From NCBI GenBank assembly GCA_002780005.1, contig PEWV01000075.1:14133-78132 (forward strand): a stretch of DNA of 64,000 nucleotides, given 5' to 3'. Within the stretch, counting starts at the first letter, position 1. Every line of letters begins with the position of its first letter. The notes below the pieces were generated by a model. The model saw only the letters and a list, made by a program, of their open reading frames with translations, ran no database searches and had not been told where the DNA came from. The position numbers and the translations under genes were made by a program. Positions 29,218 through 38,567 of this stretch are shown piece by piece. The stretch comes from Candidatus Aquitaenariimonas noxiae (GTDB lineage Bacteria > Omnitrophota > Gorgyraeia > Aquitaenariimonadales > Aquitaenariimonadaceae).

Positions 29218-30174
29218 TTATAATTTTATTTTTCTGATTATATCTTTTAAAGTCTCTACCGAATGCTTAAGCTGTTTTTGTTCTATATCGGAAAGTTCCA
29301 GGTTCAGGAACCTCTCAGCCCCGCGAGCGTTGACAACCGAAGGAATGCTGAGGCAAACATCGTTTATGCCGTAGTAACCGTTTATTAAAGTCGAAACAGG
29401 AAGGACGGAATTTTCGTCCCGTAATATGGATTCTACGATCTTTACAAGAGCTAAACCTACAGCGTAATAGGTAGAGCCTTTTGCTTCTATGATTTTATAT
29501 GCCGCATTCTTGACTTCCTTAAAAATTTTATCAAACTCCATTTTGTAATCGCAATGTTTGCCGCAGGCCAGGCAATACTTATCTAAAGCGATCCCGCCTA
29601 TATTTGCGCGGCTCCAGACCGGAAGTTCGGTATCACCGTGCTCCCCTAAGATGTAGGCGTGGACATTTCTCGGGTCCACGCGGCAGTGCTCGCTTATTAA
29701 ATATCTCAACCTTGAACTATCCAAAACTGTGCCTGAACCTATGACGCGGCTTACAGGAAAATCTGATATTTTCAATGTTGCATAGGTAAGGATATCTACC
29801 GGATTTGTAACAATTAAAAAGATGGCGTCTTTAGCGTACTTCGAGATCTTGGGTATTATACTTTTAAAAATTTCGGTATTTCTCTGGACCAGATCTATCC
29901 TTGTCTCGCCGGGAGCCTGCTTAGCGCCGGCCGTTATGACTACGATACTGGCACCCTCGCATTCCTCATATCCGCCTGAAGCCACTTTAACAGGTTGAAC
30001 AAAACTTGCGCCGTGGTTTAAGTCCATCGATTCGCCTTTAGCGCGTTTTGCATCCATATCTATCATGGATATTTCCCTGGCTGATCCGCTTATCATCAAA
30101 GCGTACGCGAAACTGCTGCCCACGCTTCCGGTGCCGATTATAGCGACTTTAGACCGTACATTTTGCATTTTCAC
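29218..30174 (-). CDS. ldh: L-lactate dehydrogenase
   Basis: GTGSVG, AKQAPGETR, NPVD, GTVLDSSR, GEHGD motifs. Confidence 0.93.
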   Translation of the reverse strand: MKMQNVRSKVAIIGTGSVGSSFAYALMISGSAREISMIDMDAKRAKGESMDLNHGASFVQPVKVASGGYEECEGASIVVITAGAKQAPGETRIDLVQRNTEIFKSIIPKISKYAKDAIFLIVTNPVDILTYATLKISDFPVSRVIGSGTVLDSSRLRYLISEHCRVDPRNVHAYILGEHGDTELPVWSRANIGGIALDKYCLACGKHCDYKMEFDKIFKEVKNAAYKIIEAKGSTYYAVGLALVKIVESILRDENSVLPVSTLINGYYGINDVCLSIPSVVNARGAERFLNLELSDIEQKQLKHSVETLKDIIRKIKL

Positions 30175-30179
30175 TGCTC

Positions 30180-30827
30180 CTATTTCACTATATTTTTTAA
30201 TTGCGCCAGATCATCGATAATATAATCCGGCTTGGCTTTGACTATGTCCTCTTTTTTGCCGATACCGTATGTAACGGCGCAGGTAAAAACGCCGGCGCCT
30301 TTTCCGGCAAGCACATCTATATCCATATCGCCTACCATTATAGTCTTTTTTCTGTCAGCTATCTTAAACAAATCTATGACCTTATCCAAAGGGCATGAAG
30401 AAGGCTTCTTGCACCATAGATCGTCCCCGCCAAAAACGCCTTCAAAATAATCATATATCCCTAATTCCTTCATAGTGATCGCCGCGAATTCGTAATTCCT
30501 GTTCGTAGCTACGGCCTTCCGTTTATTTTTGAAATACTCAAGCACCTCCTTGACGCTCGGATACAGGTAAGAAGCGTCTGCGGCGTGCTTTCTATAATAT
30601 TGTTCGAATATTAAAAGCGCCTTTTCTAAAAGATGGTTATTTTTCATCTCGAGGGATTTTTCTACCAGATCCTGGACCCCGTTCCCTATATACGAAGAGA
30701 TCTCGGATCCTTTTTTTTCTTTAAGACCCAGTTCTCTAAGCGTAAAATTGACAGCGTTCGATATGTCTTCCCGGGAATCTACAAGGGTGCCGTCAAGATC
30801 AAATATAATAAGCTCTGTGTCTATCAT
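30180..30827 (-). CDS. HAD-family phosphatase (Gph-like)
   Basis: DLDGTLVDS, KP, GD...D motifs. Confidence 0.88.
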   Translation of the reverse strand: MIDTELIIFDLDGTLVDSREDISNAVNFTLRELGLKEKKGSEISSYIGNGVQDLVEKSLEMKNNHLLEKALLIFEQYYRKHAADASYLYPSVKEVLEYFKNKRKAVATNRNYEFAAITMKELGIYDYFEGVFGGDDLWCKKPSSCPLDKVIDLFKIADRKKTIMVGDMDIDVLAGKGAGVFTCAVTYGIGKKEDIVKAKPDYIIDDLAQLKNIVK

Positions 30828-30831
30828 GGCT

Positions 30832-31545
30832 TCAATATCCTATAAAATTTTCTGTCTTTATCATATTTTTCTGAATGTTCAACTTATCTTTTAAGATCTG
30901 CGCTAAGCCCTCAACCATCTTTGTCGGGCCGCAAATATAAAATACCCTTTCGGAAAAGTCGGGAATCTCTTCTTTTATCATTTGATCGTTTATATAGCCT
31001 ACCCTCCCGCGGTATACTTTTTTATCTATACCCTGCGCGGTTAATGTATGGACCACTTTAATGTTCTTATGGGCAGCACACATCTCGTCTAAATCTTCCT
31101 TGAACACTATATCAGACTCGGTATTGTTGCCATAGAGCAATACTATATCCGTGGGCAATTTTGTATCTGCGACAAATTTACACATGCTCCTTATGGGGGT
31201 TATTCCTATTCCGCCGGAAAGAAACGCTATTTTTTTATATTCTCCTTCGAATGTCATGGAGCCGTAGGGCATTTTCATATGCGCCGGATATCCGATTTTC
31301 ACTTTATTCAAAGTCTGCGAAAACGGGCTTTGCGTTATTCTTTTGGTGAATTCCAAATATCCTTTTTCTGTGGGGGAGTTGGAAAAAGAAAAATACTTTG
31401 ATTCGTCTTTCCCTTCAACTTTTATTGTAAAAAGAAAGAACTGCCCGGCCTTAAAATTAACGTCTGATGTAACTTTAAGCCTGAAACTTTTCACGTTGAA
31501 GGTTCTTTGTATTATATCTATTATTTCGGTATCGAATTCGATCAT
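30832..31545 (-). CDS. FNR-like FAD/NAD(P) oxidoreductase
   Basis: FKAGQF, GGIGITP, YICGP, ENF motifs. Confidence 0.88.
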   Translation of the reverse strand: MIEFDTEIIDIIQRTFNVKSFRLKVTSDVNFKAGQFFLFTIKVEGKDESKYFSFSNSPTEKGYLEFTKRITQSPFSQTLNKVKIGYPAHMKMPYGSMTFEGEYKKIAFLSGGIGITPIRSMCKFVADTKLPTDIVLLYGNNTESDIVFKEDLDEMCAAHKNIKVVHTLTAQGIDKKVYRGRVGYINDQMIKEEIPDFSERVFYICGPTKMVEGLAQILKDKLNIQKNMIKTENFIGY

Positions 31546-31546
31546 A

Positions 31547-32713
31547 TCAGAATATTTTGTTTGCCAATATACCCAAGGCGACTACTTGCGGTACGGTAAC
31601 TAAGGGAAGGAAGATTGCCACTCTTTTCCCGACATTGAACCACAAAAGCCCTATCTCCGTATAATCCGTTACCACACCTGCCATCAAGAATACAAATGCG
31701 TTTCCGAGCGCTAACGTTTGTCTATATATCTCAAAAGCAAGCGGGGCTGTACCCTCCGAGCAAACTTCAAGCACGGTAGCGAGCGCAAGCGTTACAAAAA
31801 GCCCCATTGCAGTAGGCCCCATATATTTGTGAAATATATCGTGCGGAATATACGCTCCGGCTAAGCTCGCCAACCCTATGCCTATCAGTATCCACCATAA
31901 TACCATATTGGCCAGTGAAATTGAACCAGAAAATACACCTTTTACATCTTTTTTTATTGTTTCCATATTAAATTTATATGCTGCGAAATTCTTTTTAATC
32001 TCTTCAAATATGAAAAAATCTTCTCTTGTTGTTTTGATATTTTTGTTGCGCTCGATAAGGTCTTTCGAATCCAGGAATTGATATATAAACCCTGTTGTAA
32101 GCGCGATAATTAATGCGGAGATCACGATATAAAGCCCTTTCCAACCAAAAAGACTTACAAGCATTATGGTAAGCGGAAGGTTTGCCCATGGGCTTGCTAA
32201 AAGAAAGGCTACCACGGCAGGATTCGAAGCCCCCTTTTTGTGTAACTCAATAGAAAGCGCCAGGATACCATGGCTGCACGCGCTCATAAAGAACCCCAAT
32301 ATTACGGAATAAAATATTGTTCTCTTCTTTGGCCTGGAAAGAACATGGGATACGTACTCTCTGGCTACAAAATGGTCTATAACACCTCCCAAAATTAAAC
32401 CTAATAGTACTGCGAACCATATTTTTTGAAAATACATTACAAGCGTTTGTCTAAACGGAGTCAAAATCGAAAATTGGTATGAAAAAATAACGAGCATCGC
32501 TAACGCCGACACTGTTATTAATAGCTTATTTTGATACCATTTGGTATTTGGCTTAACTAAACAGATGGACAGCTCTTTATTATCGATGTGAGCATCTTTT
32601 GCGAATTTAAGAAGGCAATGTTTGCTGCAAAAATAGTAAGTCTCACTACCTCTGGTAAGCCTCAAGGCCTTGGCCTCATCTACGTTCATCCCGCATACAG
32701 GATCTTTTGCCAT
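31547..32713 (-). CDS. YHS-domain permease (ArsP/DUF318-like)
   Basis: DPVCGM...YYFCS N-terminus; ACSHG and VCSEG in TM region. Confidence 0.82.
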   Translation of the reverse strand: MAKDPVCGMNVDEAKALRLTRGSETYYFCSKHCLLKFAKDAHIDNKELSICLVKPNTKWYQNKLLITVSALAMLVIFSYQFSILTPFRQTLVMYFQKIWFAVLLGLILGGVIDHFVAREYVSHVLSRPKKRTIFYSVILGFFMSACSHGILALSIELHKKGASNPAVVAFLLASPWANLPLTIMLVSLFGWKGLYIVISALIIALTTGFIYQFLDSKDLIERNKNIKTTREDFFIFEEIKKNFAAYKFNMETIKKDVKGVFSGSISLANMVLWWILIGIGLASLAGAYIPHDIFHKYMGPTAMGLFVTLALATVLEVCSEGTAPLAFEIYRQTLALGNAFVFLMAGVVTDYTEIGLLWFNVGKRVAIFLPLVTVPQVVALGILANKIF

Positions 32714-32727
32714 TTAAACCCCTACAA

Positions 32728-32783
32728 ACAAAACCCCCTTTTAGAATAATTACCGGGCAATTTTTTCATAAAGGGGGTTTTGT
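32728..32783. terminator. Long inverted repeat, terminator-like, after rubrerythrin
   Basis: ACAAAACCCCCTTT ... AAAGGGGGTTTTGT. Confidence 0.6.
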
Positions 32784-32789
32784 CTTTTT

Positions 32790-33380
32790 TTAATAATTTT
32801 CGCAAAGTAACTCGTAATAACTCTGAGGGTGCGCGCACGCCGGGCATTCGGCAGGAGCCTCTTTACCTTCATGCACATATCCGCAGTTACGGCATTTCCA
32901 CTTAACTACCGTATCTTTTTTGAATACCTTGCCGTCTTTTATATTCTTCGCTAACTTTCTATATCTTTTTTCATGCTGCTCTTCTACTTCTGCTATTTCT
33001 TTAAATTGCTTGGCTATTTCTTCAAAACCTTCCTTGCAGGCTGTTTCTTCGGCTTCTTTATATAGCTTTGTCCACTCAAGGTTTTCTCCTGACGCCGCGG
33101 CTCCGAGATTTGACATCGTATCCTTTATGATCCCGGCAGGATATGAAGCGATGATCTCTACTTCTCCGCCTTCTAAATACTTAAAAAATCTTTTCGCATG
33201 CTCCTTTTCGTTCTCGGCTGTCTCAAGAAATATCGCTGATATCTGTTCATAGCCCTCCTTCTTCGCGGCAGACGCGAAATAGGTATAACGATTCCTCGCT
33301 TGAGACTCCCCTGCAAACGAAGCCAGAAGGTTCTTTTCTGTCTTTGTCCCCTTCAATCCCTTTGTTTTTGTCAATGCCAT
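32790..33380 (-). CDS. rbr: Rubrerythrin
   Basis: FAGESQARNRY, EKEHA, EEQHE, CRNCG...CPAC motifs. Confidence 0.95.
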   Translation of the reverse strand: MALTKTKGLKGTKTEKNLLASFAGESQARNRYTYFASAAKKEGYEQISAIFLETAENEKEHAKRFFKYLEGGEVEIIASYPAGIIKDTMSNLGAAASGENLEWTKLYKEAEETACKEGFEEIAKQFKEIAEVEEQHEKRYRKLAKNIKDGKVFKKDTVVKWKCRNCGYVHEGKEAPAECPACAHPQSYYELLCENY

Positions 33381-33397
33381 TTTACCATCCTCCTTTT

Positions 33398-33556
33398 TTA
33401 GATTTTTTCAAACATATCTTTTGCAACATTGCAAATAGGGCAAACCCAGCCATCCGGCAGATCCGAAAATGCCGTGCCTGGCTTTATCCCATTATCCGGG
33501 TCACCTTTTTCCGGATCATACACATAATCGCACACTGTGCAGCGATATTTATCCAT
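33398..33556 (-). CDS. Rubredoxin, 52 aa, not in ORF track
   Basis: Manual translation [52 protein letters not shown]. Confidence 0.95.
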   Translation of the reverse strand: MDKYRCTVCDYVYDPEKGDPDNGIKPGTAFSDLPDGWVCPICNVAKDMFEKI

Positions 33557-33560
33557 GATC

Positions 33561-34757
33561 TTACCCTTTCTTTTTTACAATATCCGCAAAACTTTTTCCG
33601 TATTCATAGCACTTTTTTAATTCATCCTTATCAGGCGCGAATCTGGCCACAATAGCCTGTTGCGCTATTTCTACACCTGCTTTCTTAAGATATCCCTCGA
33701 TAGACCCTGTAGCACCGCCTGCCCAGCCATAGGATCCGAAACTGCAGCCGATCCTGTTCTTAGGCCTTAAGCCTTTTAAGAACTCCAAAAAGCCAGCGAT
33801 ATTTATAAGAAGGTCATTGTCATGCGTTGACGAGCCTATGATATAACCTTTGGCATCGAGCATCTCTTTGATCACCGTTGTGCGGTCAGTTTGATTGACA
33901 TCAAAAAGTTTTACGCTCACGCCTGAATCCGCCACACCTTCCGCTATTTTCTTTGCCATCTTCTCCGTAGAGCCCCACATTGTCTCATAGACAATAACAA
34001 TCTTTGGCTTTACTTCATTCTTTGCCCAGGAAACGTATGCATTCACGATTTTCATCGGGTCCTTCCGCCATATTATGCCGTGACTGGGCGCTATTATTTT
34101 TATAGGAATACCCATCTTTTGAACTTCTTCTATTTTTCTCAGAACAAGAGCGCTTAAAGGCCATAAGATATTACCGTAATACTTCGCCGATTCCTCCATA
34201 AGTGAAGGCGCGTCAACCTCATCGTCAAACCTCTCGGATGACGCGTAATGTTGGCCAAAGGCATCATTAGGTAAAAGTAAGGCGTCTTCGGCGATATAAG
34301 TAAACATACTGTCAGGCCAATGAAGCATTGGCGCCTCCAAAAAAGTAAGCGTTCTCCTGCCCAATTTTAATTTGTCGCCCGTTTTAACAACCTGGAAATC
34401 CCAGTCACCGTAGTAATACCTATAAAGGCCTTCTTTACACTTAGATGTCCCTATAACCTTAGCCTTCGGGCAAAGTTTCATTATTTCAGGAAGCGCTCCG
34501 GAATGGTCCATTTCCACGTGATTGGCAACAATGTAGTCTATTTTTTCCGGAGGGACGATTTGCCTGATATTTTCTATCATCTCCTGAGCAAAGGGACCGT
34601 AAACGGTATCTATGAGGGTGATCTTCTCGTCTACAATAAGATAGGCATTATATGTAGTTCCTCTGCTGGTCGTATATGTGTGCCCGTGAAAATTCCTTAT
34701 GTTCCAATCGACTGCTCCAACCCAATAAATGCCTTCTAATATCTTTACGGCGGACAT
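33561..34757 (-). CDS. fprA: Flavodiiron protein
   Basis: [24 protein letters not shown], flavodoxin TMWGST and GSYGW motifs. Confidence 0.95.
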   Translation of the reverse strand: MSAVKILEGIYWVGAVDWNIRNFHGHTYTTSRGTTYNAYLIVDEKITLIDTVYGPFAQEMIENIRQIVPPEKIDYIVANHVEMDHSGALPEIMKLCPKAKVIGTSKCKEGLYRYYYGDWDFQVVKTGDKLKLGRRTLTFLEAPMLHWPDSMFTYIAEDALLLPNDAFGQHYASSERFDDEVDAPSLMEESAKYYGNILWPLSALVLRKIEEVQKMGIPIKIIAPSHGIIWRKDPMKIVNAYVSWAKNEVKPKIVIVYETMWGSTEKMAKKIAEGVADSGVSVKLFDVNQTDRTTVIKEMLDAKGYIIGSSTHDNDLLINIAGFLEFLKGLRPKNRIGCSFGSYGWAGGATGSIEGYLKKAGVEIAQQAIVARFAPDKDELKKCYEYGKSFADIVKKKG

Positions 34758-34785
34758 TGTAGCCTTCTTTTCAGTTAAACTATTA

Positions 34786-35172
34786 TTAGCCTTCCACTTC
34801 GATGTCTTTGGTGCCTTGCCACAAACCGTGCATATTGCACTTTGCTATTGCTTTTAAAGGACCGTGGGCATGGCTAAGCTTTACTTTAAACAAAGCAACG
34901 GGATAGCTTGTCCCACCGCTATATTGCGCCCTTCCCAAGAAGGTATTTCCGCAATATAGCTCGACCCATTCTATAGAATGAGCAGGCTCATTAGGATGCG
35001 CCAACAAAGTCCCAACTTCAACTTTAACGTCAAAAGGCTGGTCCTTATTAACAGCGCTCGGCGCGCTTATAGTGGGAATGTGCTTCTTTTCTAAATCCGA
35101 CAAATTATTTTTGTCCTTAGGCAACTTTACTCCGCAAAGTATATCGTCGTCACAAGTCCATTTATTTTCCAT
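34786..35172 (-). CDS. Superoxide reductase (neelaredoxin-like)
   Basis: EKKHIP, HPNEPAHSIEW, CNMHG motifs. Confidence 0.9.
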   Translation of the reverse strand: MENKWTCDDDILCGVKLPKDKNNLSDLEKKHIPTISAPSAVNKDQPFDVKVEVGTLLAHPNEPAHSIEWVELYCGNTFLGRAQYSGGTSYPVALFKVKLSHAHGPLKAIAKCNMHGLWQGTKDIEVEG

Positions 35173-35214
35173 TTCATACCTCCTTTTCTAAATATTACAT
35201 TCTACTATATATAG

Positions 35215-35739
35215 TTAAATTCCAGTTTTTTGCTCGGTCAATATTATGTGGTCTGACTCTATTTCCGTAAGGGCCTTGAAAAACTCCTTAATTTCTTCCT
35301 CAGACACTTGCCGCATCGCCTCTGTGTAGAATTTAACCGCCCTTTTCTCTCTTTTGTTAGATTCTTCTATGTTCTCCTTATCCGAGTCAAGGGCTTTGTC
35401 GCTTCCGACATTAGAATCGGGTTTTTCTATTTTTAAGTGCTTACATATCGTCGAAGCATGCTCTCTCTCGATTTTTGAGAGGCCCTTAAACATGCTTGAC
35501 ACGTAAACATCTTTGCTTTTTTCCGATACAGCCTTATAAAAATTAGTATTATCTATTTCAAGCTCGAGGGCCTTTTGCAGATGCTCTTTCGATGCGCCTG
35601 ATAAGGTTTTGCTTTCTAAGAGCTTCCAATCTTTTGCCAGAACAAAATACTTTTCATGCGCCCCGCAAAAAGGGCATGTATTGGGTCTTTCTCGTCCTAT
35701 ATAAACCTCGCCGCATATTCTGCAACGATATACTTTCAT
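35215..35739 (-). CDS. Rubredoxin-domain ferritin-like protein (reverse rubrerythrin-like)
   Basis: CRICG...CPFCG then EREH and ESDH. Confidence 0.85.
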   Translation of the reverse strand: MKVYRCRICGEVYIGRERPNTCPFCGAHEKYFVLAKDWKLLESKTLSGASKEHLQKALELEIDNTNFYKAVSEKSKDVYVSSMFKGLSKIEREHASTICKHLKIEKPDSNVGSDKALDSDKENIEESNKREKRAVKFYTEAMRQVSEEEIKEFFKALTEIESDHIILTEQKTGI

Positions 35740-35749
35740 AAAATTCTCC

Positions 35750-36256
35750 TTATTTTTTCTTTAAAAAATTTATGATCTCTTTGCAGAATGCGGGTAAGTC
35801 ATATGGGTTACGTGAAGTAATGAGATTACCGTCTACGACAACCTCACTATCTACAAATTTCGTCCCTGCATTTATTAAATCGTCTTTTATGGCAAAAAAC
35901 GATGTCGCCTTTTTGCCTTTTAAAATTCCGGCAGAAGCAAGCACCCATCCCGCATGGCATATGGCGGCAACCAGCTTATCTTTTTGGTACATACTTTTTA
36001 CAAATTCATTAACTTCTTTATATCTTCGTAAAATGTCAGGCGCGTACCCGCCGGGGATAACCACGCCTTGGAAATCGTCTACTTTTATCTTCTGGATAGC
36101 TTGCTCCTCTTTGGCTGGATAACCTTCTTTACTTTTATACTCACCTTTTCCCGTCCCAACAAGAACTGTTTCCACGCCTTCTTCTCGTAAACGCAAATAA
36201 GGATACCAGACTTCCAATACCTGATAATTATCTTCCACCAAAATCGCTATTTTCAT
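35750..36256 (-). CDS. PfpI/DJ-1 family protein
   Basis: IPGGYAPD, AICHAG, VVVDGNLITSR motifs. Confidence 0.92.
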   Translation of the reverse strand: MKIAILVEDNYQVLEVWYPYLRLREEGVETVLVGTGKGEYKSKEGYPAKEEQAIQKIKVDDFQGVVIPGGYAPDILRRYKEVNEFVKSMYQKDKLVAAICHAGWVLASAGILKGKKATSFFAIKDDLINAGTKFVDSEVVVDGNLITSRNPYDLPAFCKEIINFLKKK

Positions 36257-36275
36257 AATAGCCTCTCTTTAATGT

Positions 36276-37019
36276 TTAGTGAAAATACTCTGCGGCCAAT
36301 CTGCCAAGGAAGAAACCCGCGCCGCATGAAATCGCCCCTGTAATTAAAGTTTCCAATCCGCTCATGAGCCAGTGCGCTTTTGTGATTTTGGTCTTTATTA
36401 TACCTAAAAAAAAGAGAAACGTCAAAACCGATATCACGGAAGCGCTTAAGGCCCTATTTGTATTATCGAAAATAAAAAATGGCAACAGGGCAGGAAGTGT
36501 CCCGACGAAAAACGAAACCGCTGATATAAAACCTATTTACAAGGGATTATCAATAGACCCCGGGGTTATTCCTATTTCCTCCTGTGCCATAAATTCAAGC
36601 CATCTTTCTTTATTTGCCGTAATACGTTTTACAGCTATTTCTTGTTCGTCTTTCGCGAAACCCATTTCGTTAAAAATATATCTTATTTCCTGCCTTTCTT
36701 TTTCCGGGTCTTCTTCTATTTCTTTTCTCTCGCGTTCGATTTGACTTTCAAAAAAATGCTTTTGCGCCCTGGTCGAAACATATGCCCCGAAGAATATGGC
36801 CAGGGTACCCGCCGTTACCTGGATCATACCTGCTAATATCACTTTATTTATCGCTATCAAAGAAACAGAAACGCCGGCAAGAAAGGAAACCGTGGTCACC
36901 AGGCCCGTATCAATCGAATAAACAACGTCTCTTATAAGCCTTCCTTTTTCGGTATGCCATTCCTCGCCGTGCCAGGCCTTAAGCCTTTTTTCTAGCGGGC
37001 TTTTTATCATTCGCCTCAT
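36276..37019 (-). pseudogene. VIT1/CCC1 family transporter interrupted by in-frame TAA at 36537-36539
   Basis: Two ORFs in the same frame: ...IDNPL*IGFISAVSFFVGTLPALLPFF... Confidence 0.75.
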
Positions 37020-37245
37020 CTTTCTTCATTTTTTTAGTCTTATAAAAATCTCCGCCTATGCATTGCGGCGCGTATTTACACCAGTCAATGCAGGAAGGCA
37101 TATTTTTTCTATAAACGTAATTCTTGCATTTGGGGCATTTGGTTTTAACTTCATCGGAAAAAATCTCTACCTTGTACCCGCAATTCCCGCATTTTACGAG
37201 GCTAACCTTGAGGTAACGAGAATCTGTGCCGGGGCATTTGATCAT
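36979..37245 (-). CDS. Small Cys-rich zinc-ribbon protein
   Basis: CPG, CGNCG..VEIFSDE..CPKC, SCIDWC...C. Confidence 0.75.
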   Translation of the reverse strand: MIKCPGTDSRYLKVSLVKCGNCGYKVEIFSDEVKTKCPKCKNYVYRKNMPSCIDWCKYAPQCIGGDFYKTKKMKKDEANDKKPARKKA

Positions 37246-38084
37246 AGCAATTCACCTCTTATGCTAACGGTTACTTCTTTAAACGGTATCTTTTTCCCCG
37301 ATCCTGAAATAGCTGTTTTGATAACACCTACTAAACCGAAACAGCAGGGAACTTCCATATGAGCGTAGGTTGCGGATCTTATATTATTACTTTTTAAGAT
37401 TTGTGTTATTTTTTCTTGGTAGGCTCCGGTATCGTCAAGCTTTGGACATCCTACCAAAAGAATCTTTCCTTTTAATAACTCATCATGAAAGTCCGGATAC
37501 GCAAAAGGAACGCAGTCTGCCGCGATTAATAAATCAGCTTCCTTAAAATAGGGCGCATTTACAGGAACTAAAGAGATCTGAACAGGCCATTGTCTTAGCC
37601 TGGATATTCCCTTATGGGAAGATTTTTCCTTTTTAAACGTGCCTTCTTTTTCTCCTAGATCCATGACCCTTGAATCAGGGCAGCCGGAAAAACCATGCGA
37701 ATGGCCCGGGGCTTCGGCGCTTTCTTCAAGAGACGGGACCTTTATGCCCTTATTCTTTAAAACATCAACAGCTTGCTTCAGATACGCCTCTTCATTATGA
37801 TCTTTCAGGTGCTTGAGATGGGCTTTTATAACGTTTTTGCCCTGTTTTATTATATTTTCCATAACTTTTCGCTCATCATACTTCTCCGCTTCTCTTTCTT
37901 CTATATTAATAGCGCCCTCGGGGCAATGCCCTATGCAGGCTCCTAACCCGTCGCAAAAAAGATCGCTGATAAGTCTGGCCTTATTATCTATTATTTGCAG
38001 AGCGCCCTCAGGGCAATTCGGTATGCATAATCCGCACCCCGTGCATTTTTCTTCATCTATTTTTATTATTTTTCTTTTCGCCAT
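37242..38084 (-). CDS. 4Fe-4S dicluster-domain protein
   Basis: CTGCGLC..CPEGA, CDGLGAC..CP, QWPVQ, AADC, GCPKLD, MEVPCC motifs. Confidence 0.88.
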   Translation of the reverse strand: MAKRKIIKIDEEKCTGCGLCIPNCPEGALQIIDNKARLISDLFCDGLGACIGHCPEGAINIEEREAEKYDERKVMENIIKQGKNVIKAHLKHLKDHNEEAYLKQAVDVLKNKGIKVPSLEESAEAPGHSHGFSGCPDSRVMDLGEKEGTFKKEKSSHKGISRLRQWPVQISLVPVNAPYFKEADLLIAADCVPFAYPDFHDELLKGKILLVGCPKLDDTGAYQEKITQILKSNNIRSATYAHMEVPCCFGLVGVIKTAISGSGKKIPFKEVTVSIRGELL

Positions 38085-38096
38085 ATTATTTACCCC

Positions 38097-38492
38097 TCAT
38101 AATAAACATTCAAGCGTAATATCGCTTAGTTGCGAGAGAAGACCTTTCTCTATGTTGTCCAATTTTTTCTTAAGTTTACATTTACCCGTATCAGGACATA
38201 GCCTAGATTTAAACAAATGATCGCTGACTTTAAGCGAACCCTGGCATGCCGTTATCAGGTCCACTAATAATATCTGAGCAGGCCTTTTACTTAATTTAAA
38301 ACCGCCGCCTTTACCCTTGTAAGATTTAAGCAGCCCCTTCTTGCTCAAGACCTGGAGTATCTTTCTTAAGAACGGTTTCGGGATCTTTAATTCTTTCACC
38401 AGCTCCGATACAGAGGTCAGCTCTTTATCATTTTTCGCTATAAAACGCAGGGCCCTCACCGCATAATCCGTATCCCTTGTGATCAATTTCAT
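38097..38492 (-). CDS. Rrf2 family transcriptional regulator
   Basis: DYAVRAL, FLRKILQ.L, GKGGGF motifs, C-terminal cysteines. Confidence 0.92.
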   Translation of the reverse strand: MKLITRDTDYAVRALRFIAKNDKELTSVSELVKELKIPKPFLRKILQVLSKKGLLKSYKGKGGGFKLSKRPAQILLVDLITACQGSLKVSDHLFKSRLCPDTGKCKLKKKLDNIEKGLLSQLSDITLECLL

Positions 38493-38509
38493 ACTGTCTC
38501 CGGTTAATA

Positions 38510-38540
38510 TAATGATACTGTATTAGTATCTTTTTGTCAA
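38510..38540 (-). promoter_or_regulatory. Sigma70 promoter overlapped by GATAC-N7-GTATC palindrome
   Basis: TTGACA-17 nt-TATCAT; TAATGATAC TGTATTA GTATCTTTT. Confidence 0.75.
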
Positions 38541-38567
38541 GGAAAAAATTTCCACAAAAATCAGTTT

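Noticed and set aside
36988-37000. TTTCTAGCGGGC resembling an element end (SPLEK in the VIT1 N-terminus)
   Set aside because: Two mismatches, no partner end and no flanking duplication; could be chance.
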